Translations under genes and position numbers: made by a program
Notes under the pieces: model-generated
What the model saw: the letters and a program-made list of their open reading frames with translations, nothing else
Databases searched by the model: none
Told to the model about the DNA's origin: nothing
Part shown: one piece after another, positions 18,867-27,709 of the stretch
Position numbering within the stretch: position 1 is the stretch's first letter
How the letters are laid out: each line of letters opens with the position of its first letter
IMG/VR virus record: IMGVR_UViG_3300028115_001382
Span: 1-61,284 of that record
DNA from: a virus
Taxonomy: Duplodnaviria > Caudoviricetes
Reading direction: 5' to 3' (one strand)
DNA length: 61,284 bases

Positions 18867-19749
18867 TAAACGTGGAATGGATTTTGGTAGTGCGTTTGCT
18901 ATTCAAGAACCTGAGTCTTTAAAATTACTAAGACAACCTTTAGATTTACAATGCGTCAATAGTGATAGTATTATTGACGAATTTCTTTATGATTACAACA
19001 AATGGATCAATAGCACTACTACAAATAACATAACTGGATTAGAAGATTTTCCATTTAAATGTTATAGTAATGGAACTACAGAAGCATTTGATAAATTTTA
19101 TATGAAAAATGCTAAGAGGCGATTTAGATGCTTCAAAGGCGAGTATATGTATCATAAACTTGCTTGGCGTGATAAATTTGTTTGGTCATACTTAGAAGAT
19201 GACGAACTACATAAAGCAGATGCTGTTGTAATTAGTTTACCATTTGCTGATACTGGAAATAAACACGAGAAATATCACGACTTAATGCGGCAGTGTAGCG
19301 AACTAAACGTTCCTGTACTAGTTGATTGTGCTTACTTTGGTGTTTGTAGAGATATTCATATCGACGTAGCTTACAAATGTATTACTGATGTGACTTTTAG
19401 TTTAAGTAAAAGTTTTCCGTTAGCATATGCTAGAATTGGGATAAGATATACTAAGGTTGACGATGATGATACTATGTTTGTGTATCATAAAATCAATTAT
19501 AATAACAAAATTGGTGCGAGTTTAGGATTAAAATTTTTAAACTATTTTACTCCAGATTATATGTCTAATAAATATCTTGACAAACAAGCAGAATTCTGTA
19601 ATACTTTAAATGTAACACCGAGTAAAACAGTGCTATTTGGTATCGATAACAACAATCAATATCCTCAGTATAACAGAGGCGGAACTACAAACAGATTAAG
19701 TTTCCACAAACAATATATAAAAGGACTAGATATTGCCAGTACAAAGTAA
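18847..19749 (+). CDS. PLP-dependent fold-type I enzyme (aminotransferase-like)
   Basis: GTTEAF, DCAY, FSLSKSF...RIG. Confidence 0.75.
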   Translation: MTNIPNDKRGMDFGSAFAIQEPESLKLLRQPLDLQCVNSDSIIDEFLYDYNKWINSTTTNNITGLEDFPFKCYSNGTTEAFDKFYMKNAKRRFRCFKGEYMYHKLAWRDKFVWSYLEDDELHKADAVVISLPFADTGNKHEKYHDLMRQCSELNVPVLVDCAYFGVCRDIHIDVAYKCITDVTFSLSKSFPLAYARIGIRYTKVDDDDTMFVYHKINYNNKIGASLGLKFLNYFTPDYMSNKYLDKQAEFCNTLNVTPSKTVLFGIDNNNQYPQYNRGGTTNRLSFHKQYIKGLDIASTK

Positions 19750-20788
19750 CAACGATTGGGATCCATTAGAAGAAATTATTATTGGCACTGCCGATAACTG
19801 TGTACATCCTACTATGAACAAAAGCACACATAGTTTTATCTATGGAGGCGAACAATATGAAGATATTAAACATTTTAACGGACAACCTATTGCTCAATGG
19901 ATTGTAGATGAAGCAAACGAAGATCTAGAAGGATTGGAAAAGTGCTTACAAGGATTGGGTGTAAAAACAATGCGTCCAGATCCTGTAGACCATAATCAAA
20001 AGTTTAGCACACCCGAATGGGAAACAACAGGGTGGTATACATTCTGTCCAAGAGACCTGTTATTACCGTTGGATAATATGATTATTGAATGTCCTAGCCC
20101 AATGCGAGCACGTTATTTTGAGACTAGAGCATATTACGAACACCTGTATCGCTGGATGAAAGAAGGTGTACAATGGATCAATGCTCCTAAACCTATTCTA
20201 ACTGATGACAACTATCAACTGGAGGACCGCAGTGAAGCAACGCTTGTTAACAAAGAAATTATTTTTGATGCTCCTAATATCGTTCGTCTTGGCCGCGATC
20301 TTCTCTGCCAAGTTAGCAATAGTGGCAACCAACTTGGTTTTGAGTGGCTGAAAACTATACTAGAACCCAAAGGCTATCGTATCCACGTAGCAGAAAAGTA
20401 TTACAGTTTCGCACACTTTGACAGCACAGTGTTACCTTTGCGTCCAGGACTAGTGTTGTTAAACGCAGGACGTTTAAGTGAAGATTGGTATCCACCTATC
20501 TTTAAGGATTGGGATAAAATTTGGGTAGGCGAAGAAGATCTACACGTACCGCCAGCAAACACAGGTGTTGCTCCTTGTTCTCCGTATATTGGATTGAACT
20601 TTTTAAGTGTCAATCCGGAACTTGTTATTGTAGATGAAAAGCAAGAATCACTAAGACGTATACTAGGCAAGCACGGTATCGAAACTATTGGGTTACCAAT
20701 GCGTCAAGCACGTAGCATGAGTGGTGGATTTCACTGTGCTACACTAGACACTAAACGCAAAGGGAGTTTAGAAGATTATTTTAGATGA
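19733..20788 (+). CDS. amidinotransferase (glycine/inosamine-phosphate family)
   Basis: CPRD, FDA, HFDS, GGFHCATLD. Confidence 0.9.
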   Translation: MPVQSNNDWDPLEEIIIGTADNCVHPTMNKSTHSFIYGGEQYEDIKHFNGQPIAQWIVDEANEDLEGLEKCLQGLGVKTMRPDPVDHNQKFSTPEWETTGWYTFCPRDLLLPLDNMIIECPSPMRARYFETRAYYEHLYRWMKEGVQWINAPKPILTDDNYQLEDRSEATLVNKEIIFDAPNIVRLGRDLLCQVSNSGNQLGFEWLKTILEPKGYRIHVAEKYYSFAHFDSTVLPLRPGLVLLNAGRLSEDWYPPIFKDWDKIWVGEEDLHVPPANTGVAPCSPYIGLNFLSVNPELVIVDEKQESLRRILGKHGIETIGLPMRQARSMSGGFHCATLDTKRKGSLEDYFR

Positions 20789-20897
20789 AGAAAAAATAAT
20801 CTTAAACAATAAAATAATTGACAGAACTGGTAATGTTGTCAATACAGAATCTAGCGAGTATTTCATAAAAACATTTTTTGACAAATACGACAATTAC

Positions 20898-22031
20898 ATG
20901 TATATAGAAGCAGATGGAGAATTTCCACATTTAGACAATTTGTCCTTTAACTGTGACTCAACCTTACATATATTTTTACGTGAGCTACCTAGTTTTGGTA
21001 TTGATCCCAAAATTAATTTTACTGAACCTGAAACTTGTACACTTTATCGAACAACAGATTGGAAGTCCTATAAACCAATGTATATAGGGCTGGCTAATAA
21101 TGATAAAATTAACATCTGTTACGAAGTTGCTGCTATTAAAAAATTTTGTGATAGAAATAATATTGAAGATTATGTAATATATACCGGCTGTTATAATTTA
21201 AATTTAAAAAGAATTTATCCTAGCATAAAATTTGAAACATTAGACTACATTTTATACTGGTTATTGCGTAAAGGTAATACAAGCACAATAACAACCTTTA
21301 ATAAAAAACAAAACAACAAACACTTAGATAAAATTAGTAGTAAATTTATATGTACAAATAGACGTTATGAGGGTATAAGAGAATTAGTTGCCTCTTACAT
21401 GCTAGATTATGATACTATTTTGTCGTTTAATAAATCAAGAATAGATTTTACAATATTTTATAAAAATAAAGATGTTACTAAAAAACTTTATTGGTCTAAT
21501 ATTGACGATAGATTGTGTTTTGATTACTCAAAGTTGCCAAAAAAATACAAAACCAACATGTATAGTATATCAAAATCGTTGGTTATTGATTATGATATGG
21601 ACAATGAAGCAGGAGATATTGATGATAAAGTAGGAAGGTTTATGAACTTAGAACAATACTACAAAGCATTTTGTGCTGTGATAACTGAATCAAGGTTCTT
21701 TATGCCTTATGGTCATTTTGCCGATAAAACTTTAAATGCTGTTAAGACTATGAGGCCTTTTGTTTTATTTTCAAGTCCTTATACACTTGAATATATGAGA
21801 TCTTTAGGATTTAAAACATTTGATACATTTTGGGACGAATCATATGACGTCGAAGAAGATCATATGTTAAGATATCAGAAGGTATGCGATACAATTGACA
21901 GCATTAATAACTATAGTATAGACGAGTGTAAAATGCTCTACAGCAAATTATCACACATAGTAGAACATAACTTTGATATTTTATTAAAACTACAAACACA
22001 ACTCGGAGACTATGATGAAACACAGTATTGA
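20898..22031 (+). CDS. hypothetical, possibly glycosyltransferase-like; frame open upstream to 20772
   Basis: ITES...ADKT...PF...GFKTF..FWDESYD; paralog of 39708. Confidence 0.55.
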   Translation: MYIEADGEFPHLDNLSFNCDSTLHIFLRELPSFGIDPKINFTEPETCTLYRTTDWKSYKPMYIGLANNDKINICYEVAAIKKFCDRNNIEDYVIYTGCYNLNLKRIYPSIKFETLDYILYWLLRKGNTSTITTFNKKQNNKHLDKISSKFICTNRRYEGIRELVASYMLDYDTILSFNKSRIDFTIFYKNKDVTKKLYWSNIDDRLCFDYSKLPKKYKTNMYSISKSLVIDYDMDNEAGDIDDKVGRFMNLEQYYKAFCAVITESRFFMPYGHFADKTLNAVKTMRPFVLFSSPYTLEYMRSLGFKTFDTFWDESYDVEEDHMLRYQKVCDTIDSINNYSIDECKMLYSKLSHIVEHNFDILLKLQTQLGDYDETQY

Positions 22032-22236
22032 GCAATGGATAGAGCGTATTAATACCATGAAAGATTTATGTATTCAAGCTCATCGTTTACGAAATGAATT
22101 TAGTGAACTAGCAGACAAAACATTTGACGAAGCGCAGTGTAAACATATGCTCGAACAAGTTCAGTCTATGGCAGCAGGCATAGCAAACGAAGAAATAACA
22201 ACAATAAAAACTGATATGGATGAGTGGAAAAAATGA
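22012..22236 (+). CDS. hypothetical protein
   Basis: ORF with GGAG SD. Confidence 0.6.
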   Translation: MMKHSIEQWIERINTMKDLCIQAHRLRNEFSELADKTFDEAQCKHMLEQVQSMAAGIANEEITTIKTDMDEWKK

Positions 22237-22787
22237 TTGAAAAAGAATATAGCATGGAAGACGTAATGAAAGGCATTAGTAACATTGTTACTCAAATGTA
22301 TAAAGATAGTTGGCGACCTGATTATATTGTCGGTATCAACAGAGGCGGATTACCTATAAGTGTTGTGTTAAGTCACATGATTGATGTTACACATTATTGT
22401 TTAGACGTAAGGCTTAGAGATAACAAAGATAAGCAAGGACCAGAAAGTAACTGCTGGATGGCAGAGGATGCGTTCGGATACTTGTACAAACCCGATCGTG
22501 ACGATGTATACGGTAAAGGTACTTGTCAGCCGAAGATGCGTAAAAATATCCTTATTGTAGATGATATCAACGACACTGGCGCAACCTTTAAATGGATCAA
22601 AGAAGACTGGGAATCTGGTTGCTTGCCCGGACACGAAGGATGGCAAGACGTATGGAACCAAAATGTTCGCTTTGCTGCTCTTTGTGAAAAGACACATACA
22701 AAGTTTGACGGTGTAGACTATTATTGGGAAGAAATTGACACAAGCGAGCAAGACACTTGGGTAGTGTTTCCGTGGGAAAATGTATGA
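22233..22787 (+). CDS. purine phosphoribosyltransferase (Gpt-like)
   Basis: INRGGL, ILIVDDINDTGAT, WVVFPWE. Confidence 0.85.
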   Translation: MIEKEYSMEDVMKGISNIVTQMYKDSWRPDYIVGINRGGLPISVVLSHMIDVTHYCLDVRLRDNKDKQGPESNCWMAEDAFGYLYKPDRDDVYGKGTCQPKMRKNILIVDDINDTGATFKWIKEDWESGCLPGHEGWQDVWNQNVRFAALCEKTHTKFDGVDYYWEEIDTSEQDTWVVFPWENV

Positions 22788-23017
22788 TAAAAGAATGGTC
22801 ACTTAAAGATATTAAAAACGAGATAAGTAAAATATCGTGGGCAGAATCTGATCCTCGTATGGATGGATTTGTGACTTGGGGATGTAAGCAAGAGCTTTAC
22901 GAAATCCTTTGGTATGTGGAAGAAAAATTGCGTAAGTGTTCAACCTACGCAGGCGAAGAAGACTTCCTCAAAGAACACGATAAAGAAATGACGTGGAGAA
23001 TATTAAATGAAGACTAA
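22784..23017 (+). CDS. hypothetical protein
   Basis: ATGA overlap with upstream gene. Confidence 0.6.
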   Translation: MIKEWSLKDIKNEISKISWAESDPRMDGFVTWGCKQELYEILWYVEEKLRKCSTYAGEEDFLKEHDKEMTWRILNED

Positions 23018-23192
23018 GTATGCTATAAAGTTAATGTTGTCTGCTGATGACTGGATTTACGTGACTGAAGATACCGAAGCACCTATGTTTCAAATTCATC
23101 CAATGTTATTTAATACCAGACATGAAGCTGAGGAACATGCTGAAACTTGGAACAAAAGAGTTACTAAAGTAGTTAGATGGAGAGAACGATGA
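23007..23192 (+). CDS. hypothetical protein
   Basis: ORF with GGAG SD. Confidence 0.6.
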   Translation: MKTKYAIKLMLSADDWIYVTEDTEAPMFQIHPMLFNTRHEAEEHAETWNKRVTKVVRWRER

Positions 23193-23317
23193 GTTGTACT
23201 TGTGGCAGATCGCCAACTGGTAGATGTATAGGTTGGCACAAACTAACAGAGGAACAATACCTCGAGAAAAAAGCAGAGTATGAAGCAAGACAGACACAGA
23301 AGGAGAATAACAAATGA
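23189..23317 (+). CDS. 42-aa Cys3His mini-protein (CDGSH-like), not in track
   Basis: MSCTCGRSPTGRCIGWHKLTEEQY...; ATGA overlaps at both ends. Confidence 0.65.
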   Translation: MSCTCGRSPTGRCIGWHKLTEEQYLEKKAEYEARQTQKENNK

Positions 23318-23520
23318 GTATGTCAGCACAATTAATTAAAGCAGCAAGAATGCACGCCGAAGGTGAGCTTGAAAGAGCTAAAACTAACATTTTGGTTTAT
23401 ATGAATCAAAGTGTTGGTATTGGTGAGCATAGTGATATTGTTGAAGCGATTCAAGAAGAACTTGATAAAATGGCTGCGGCAGAAGATCGCATTGAAATGT
23501 TACAAAAACATTTTTCTTGA
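23314..23520 (+). CDS. small conserved-type phage protein
   Basis: VGIGEHSDIVEAI; AGGAG SD. Confidence 0.7.
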   Translation: MSMSAQLIKAARMHAEGELERAKTNILVYMNQSVGIGEHSDIVEAIQEELDKMAAAEDRIEMLQKHFS

Positions 23521-23545
23521 CTTTTTATCTAAATAATGTTACTAT
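23517..23545 (+). promoter_or_regulatory. sigma70-type promoter of folE
   Basis: TTGACT-N17-TACTAT with TGn extension. Confidence 0.7.
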
Positions 23546-23550
23546 AAACA

Positions 23551-23583
23551 ATAGACATCCTCGTCTATAACTCGGAGAATAAA
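23551..23583 (+). promoter_or_regulatory. structured 5' leader of folE (hairpin with anti-SD loop)
   Basis: ATAGAC-ATCCTC-GTCTAT stem-loop followed by AACTC-GGAG SD. Confidence 0.5.
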
Positions 23584-24288
23584 ATGACAGAAGACTTAAA
23601 CACTTATGCCTCTCATAAGATTCGATCTAGACTTAAAGAAGCTGGAGGCAGATACTGGGCTGGTGACAACATCAGCCAGTATATCGAAGAAGGTGAGCGT
23701 GAAGAGCTCATTGAAGAACTTACTATAAAATTTGAAGGTGTTTTACAAAGCCTTGTAATTGACACTGATAATGATCCTAATTCTATGGACACCGCAAGAC
23801 GTCTTGCGAAAATGTATGTTAAAGAATTGTTGAGCGGAAGGTATGACCCAATGCCTAATGCTACAGCATTTCCTAACCATACAGAAGATCGTTATGATGG
23901 TATGTTGGTTGTTCGCAGTGAACTTACAAGCATGTGTTCACATCATCACCAAACTGTTAAAGGTGTGGCGTATATTGGTATCATTGCTGCTGATACACTT
24001 ATTGGACTTAGTAAATACACACGCATTGCCCAATGGTGTGCTAGACGTGGAACACTACAAGAAGAACTCGCTATGGATATTGCTAAAGAAATTATGAAAG
24101 CAACTGGCAGCAACGATGTTGCTGTTTATATCCAAGCTACACATGGTTGTTGCGAGAATCGTGGTATTCAAGCGCACAGCAGTCTTACACAAACAACTGT
24201 GCTAAAAGGTTGTTTCAAGTCAGATGATGCTGTTAAAAAAGAGTTTATGGATAATATTAAATTACAACAAGGATACTCACCACGATGA
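23584..24288 (+). CDS. folE: GTP cyclohydrolase I
   Basis: SMCSHH, IGLSKY.RI, LQE, HGCCENRG. Confidence 0.95.
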   Translation: MTEDLNTYASHKIRSRLKEAGGRYWAGDNISQYIEEGEREELIEELTIKFEGVLQSLVIDTDNDPNSMDTARRLAKMYVKELLSGRYDPMPNATAFPNHTEDRYDGMLVVRSELTSMCSHHHQTVKGVAYIGIIAADTLIGLSKYTRIAQWCARRGTLQEELAMDIAKEIMKATGSNDVAVYIQATHGCCENRGIQAHSSLTQTTVLKGCFKSDDAVKKEFMDNIKLQQGYSPR

Positions 24289-24449
24289 CAGAACCAGTAG
24301 ATGTAAGTAAAAAACACTTTTATATTAGTTTAGTTAAAAGTGCTGTGCGTATAGCAGGATGTGCTGTATGCTTGTATACAGGCAGTGTAGTATGGTTGGC
24401 AAGTGGTTTTCTTGTTGCTGAACTACTTGGCATAGCGGAGGAGCTGTAA
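24285..24449 (+). CDS. small membrane protein (54 aa, not in track)
   Basis: HFYISLVKSAVRI...AELLGIAEEL*; coupled to both folE and queE. Confidence 0.7.
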   Translation: MTEPVDVSKKHFYISLVKSAVRIAGCAVCLYTGSVVWLASGFLVAELLGIAEEL

Positions 24450-25345
24450 TGAAGTTACGTTATAGCGAAGCTTTTTATAGTGTACAAGGCGAAGGCAAGT
24501 TTGTAGGAGTACCTAGTGTATTCCTACGCACCTTCGGTTGTAACTTCCGTTGTATGAACTTTGGTGTTGATAAAAGTGTTGGCGATCGTTGGGAGCAACA
24601 TGCTCGTGGTGAACGTTATAACGCAGAAGTAAAACAACTACTAGATGACGGTGTTCATGAAACTACAAAAGAGTTTAACGACTTACCTATTGTACACACA
24701 GGCTGTGATACATACGCAAGTATCTATCCAGAATTTAAACACTTCAATATGCTTAAAAGCGTAGACGAAGTTGTAGAGCATTTGCTTAGTTTATTGCCAG
24801 AAGGTAAATGGACTATGGATAACGGACAGGACGTTCACCTTATACTTACAGGCGGTGAACCTTTGTTGGCGTGGCAACGACTGTATGTAGAACTATTTGA
24901 ACACCCACGTATGCAGGATCTAAAAAATGTCACAATCGAAACCAACACTACACAGCATCTACACGATGACTTCTACAACTACCTCAGCAAGCATGAACGA
25001 ATTCAGCTCACTTTTAGCTGTTCTCCCAAACTATCCGTTTCGGGCGAGTCTTGGGATGATGCTATTAAGCCTGATGTTGCTCGTGAGTATTCCCTTGTTG
25101 ATGGCAGCGATATGTATTTTAAGTTTGTTGTTGCTGATCAGAGTGATGTTGACGAAGTTGCTAGAGCAGTTGATTCGTATCGTGAAGCGGGCGTGGACGT
25201 CCCTGTATATCTTATGCCGCTTGGGGGTAGGTCGGAAGAATACACTCTCAACGTACAAGAGGTGGCGAACCTCTGTATGGAACGAGGGTGGAGGTTCTCG
25301 CCAAGACTACACATCAGCTTATTCGGAAATGCCTGGGGCACTTAA
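24449..25345 (+). CDS. queE: 7-carboxy-7-deazaguanine synthase (radical SAM)
   Basis: EAFYSVQGEG, FLRTFGCNFRC...GCDT, TGGEP, IETN, SPK, PRLH. Confidence 0.9.
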   Translation: MKLRYSEAFYSVQGEGKFVGVPSVFLRTFGCNFRCMNFGVDKSVGDRWEQHARGERYNAEVKQLLDDGVHETTKEFNDLPIVHTGCDTYASIYPEFKHFNMLKSVDEVVEHLLSLLPEGKWTMDNGQDVHLILTGGEPLLAWQRLYVELFEHPRMQDLKNVTIETNTTQHLHDDFYNYLSKHERIQLTFSCSPKLSVSGESWDDAIKPDVAREYSLVDGSDMYFKFVVADQSDVDEVARAVDSYREAGVDVPVYLMPLGGRSEEYTLNVQEVANLCMERGWRFSPRLHISLFGNAWGT

Positions 25346-25414
25346 AGAAAACTTAGATAGTATTCCAAAAGGCATCAAAAGCGAAGAGGAATACGAAAAG
25401 ATAAGGAAACTTAT

Positions 25415-25798
25415 ATGAAAAAATGGCTTAAAGATATAACAGGCATTAGTGCTAAAGAAAAAGAACTAGAAGAAAAAGAACTAGCAGTACTAGATAAAAC
25501 TGATCCTAAGGCTGCTGCTACTAAACGTGGTGAGCCTTGGGTAAATGTGTTAGATATGCAAGTAAATCAAGAAAACATTCGTAATGGATTCTTTGAACTT
25601 GACTGGAATACATACTTCATTAAAGAACTTATAGCAAATGGGTATGGCGAACAAGCAGACCCCGAAGAAGAAATTGTTGACAGATGGTTCCGAGATATAG
25701 TATATAATATGTTACAGGAAGAAGAAATTGATTCTAATGTTCAAACAGGTTATATTAATGTTGTGCCAATTGACAAAGGCAAAAGCGAGGTATCATGA
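25415..25798 (+). CDS. hypothetical protein
   Basis: GFFELDWN...IVDRWF. Confidence 0.7.
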   Translation: MKKWLKDITGISAKEKELEEKELAVLDKTDPKAAATKRGEPWVNVLDMQVNQENIRNGFFELDWNTYFIKELIANGYGEQADPEEEIVDRWFRDIVYNMLQEEEIDSNVQTGYINVVPIDKGKSEVS

Positions 25799-25989
25799 AA
25801 GTTGCTAAGAATATGATTCTTATAAAAGGCGATCATAGTATGGCTTTTAGTGTAAGACGCCGGAAGGAGACTGTTGAAATAGATTTTTATAGAGATACTT
25901 ATAAGTATTTGTCTAGTAAATTAACACTTGACGAAGGCACAAAAATGTACTATACTGCTATTACACAAGGCTATAAAGAGGCATTCTAA
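25795..25989 (+). CDS. hypothetical protein
   Basis: Coupled ORF. Confidence 0.55.
   Translation: MKVAKNMILIKGDHSMAFSVRRRKETVEIDFYRDTYKYLSSKLTLDEGTKMYYTAITQGYKEAF
25928..25956 (+). promoter_or_regulatory. sigma70-type promoter
   Basis: TTGACG-N17-TATACT. Confidence 0.6.
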
Positions 25990-26975
25990 TGACTTACATT
26001 CTAATTGACACTGCTAACACGTTCTTTCGTGCTCGTCATGTTGTACGTGGCGATATTGATACAAAAGTTGGCATGGCAATGCACATTACCCTTAACAGTA
26101 TTAAGAAAGCGTGGCAGGACTTTGATGGGTCACATGTTGTTTTCTGCTTAGAAGGACGTAGTTGGCGCAAAGACTTTTATGAGCCTTACAAGCGCAACCG
26201 CAAAGAACATCGTGATGCTATGAGCCCACGTGAAGCAGAAGAAGATAAAGTGTTTTGGGAAATATTTGATGAGTTTAAAGAATTTGTTACAGATAAGACT
26301 AACTGTACTGTACTACAAAATCCTGTGCTAGAGGCAGACGATCTTATTGCTGGCTGGGTACAAGCACATCCTAACGACAATCATGTTATCATTAGTACCG
26401 ACGGTGACTTTGCGCAATTAATTGCTCCTAATGTGCGTCAATATAATGGGGTAAGTAATACTACTATTACCCATGAAGGATATTTTGATGACAAAGGCAA
26501 GCCCGTGTGCGATAAGAAGACAGGAGAGCCAAAGCCTGCTCCACAACCCGAATTTATGCTTTTTGAGAAATGTATGCGTGGTGACACTAGCGACAATGTT
26601 TTTAGTGCCTACCCTGGTGTGCGCAAGAAAGGCACAAAGAACAAAGTAGGTTTGTTAGAAGCATTTGCTGACAAAGATAACAAAGGCTACAACTGGAATA
26701 ACATGATGCTTCAACGTTGGGCAGATCACGAAGGCGTAGAACATCGTGTGCTAGACGACTATACACGTAATGTTACACTGTGTGATTTAACAGCACAACC
26801 CGATCATATTAGACAAGAAATAAATAATACTATCCAATCAGCAACCAGCAAGAATATATCACAAGTTGGTATGAGACTTATGAAGTTTTGTGCCCGTTGG
26901 GATCTTCAGCGTATTGCTGATAACGCACAACATTATGCGCAACCTTTACAAGCGAGATACATACATGTCAATTAA
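25989..26975 (+). CDS. 5'-3' exonuclease / T4 RNase H-like (FEN family)
   Basis: ILID, WRK..Y..YK.NR, EADD, STDGDF.QL, GDTSDNV. Confidence 0.88.
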   Translation: MTYILIDTANTFFRARHVVRGDIDTKVGMAMHITLNSIKKAWQDFDGSHVVFCLEGRSWRKDFYEPYKRNRKEHRDAMSPREAEEDKVFWEIFDEFKEFVTDKTNCTVLQNPVLEADDLIAGWVQAHPNDNHVIISTDGDFAQLIAPNVRQYNGVSNTTITHEGYFDDKGKPVCDKKTGEPKPAPQPEFMLFEKCMRGDTSDNVFSAYPGVRKKGTKNKVGLLEAFADKDNKGYNWNNMMLQRWADHEGVEHRVLDDYTRNVTLCDLTAQPDHIRQEINNTIQSATSKNISQVGMRLMKFCARWDLQRIADNAQHYAQPLQARYIHVN

Positions 26976-27438
26976 TGCTAAACCTATATTAGAAGATAAA
27001 TTTTGGATTGTAGAAGACAAAGGTGAAAAAGTTGCTACACTAAGTAAAAACGAAGATGGTTACATTTACAGTAAACAAGGTGATGTAAAATTTTATAATA
27101 ATGCTAGAGACTTAGAAAAAACATTTGGCAAAAACTTTCTTACTGCTACCATTACAACACCTGAAGCTAATAATGAATTAGCCGTACATGGATATCCTAC
27201 ACGTACTACTCCTTATAACAGTATGTTTGATATTCAGCGTAAGTTACCGTTATTTACAAAAAGTGAAAAATCAAAGTCAGTATATTGTGCTGGGTATTAT
27301 CTTGTAAAATTTAATGTAAACTGGTTAAAAAGTTTTTGTCCAAAGCTAATTACTATTGAAAGGAATGATTTTATGGGTCCTTTTAAAACAGAGTTAGAAA
27401 TGCGAATGACCTTGAGCAATGTCAACAGATCCAATTAA
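26965..27438 (+). CDS. hypothetical protein
   Basis: CAGYY...FCPKLIT. Confidence 0.7.
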   Translation: MSINAKPILEDKFWIVEDKGEKVATLSKNEDGYIYSKQGDVKFYNNARDLEKTFGKNFLTATITTPEANNELAVHGYPTRTTPYNSMFDIQRKLPLFTKSEKSKSVYCAGYYLVKFNVNWLKSFCPKLITIERNDFMGPFKTELEMRMTLSNVNRSN

Positions 27439-27661
27439 CACAGGCCCAATACAACAATTTATAAAACAGACTCAAGCGGCTGATAAAAGTAACGCTAAAG
27501 AAATACGTTTGGATATTGCTAATGCTAAAAATTTATCTTATACATTAGGCATAGTAATGGCACGTTTAAACGGAGACTTAGAAAAATTTGTAAAAGATAA
27601 CCAAGGGGCATCAGACGAAGTGATAGAAGTTAGGCTTGGCGGCAGTGGAGAATGGAAATAG
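27419..27661 (+). CDS. hypothetical protein
   Basis: ORF track. Confidence 0.65.
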   Translation: MSTDPINTGPIQQFIKQTQAADKSNAKEIRLDIANAKNLSYTLGIVMARLNGDLEKFVKDNQGASDEVIEVRLGGSGEWK

Positions 27662-27709
27662 TCTACAAGAAATGATAAATATATGCGTATATAACTAGAG
27701 GATACGCAC

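Noticed and set aside
24927-25418. 163-aa alternative-frame ORF and antisense ORFs over queE
   Set aside because: Shadow ORFs in a locally GC-richer segment; no motifs or SD
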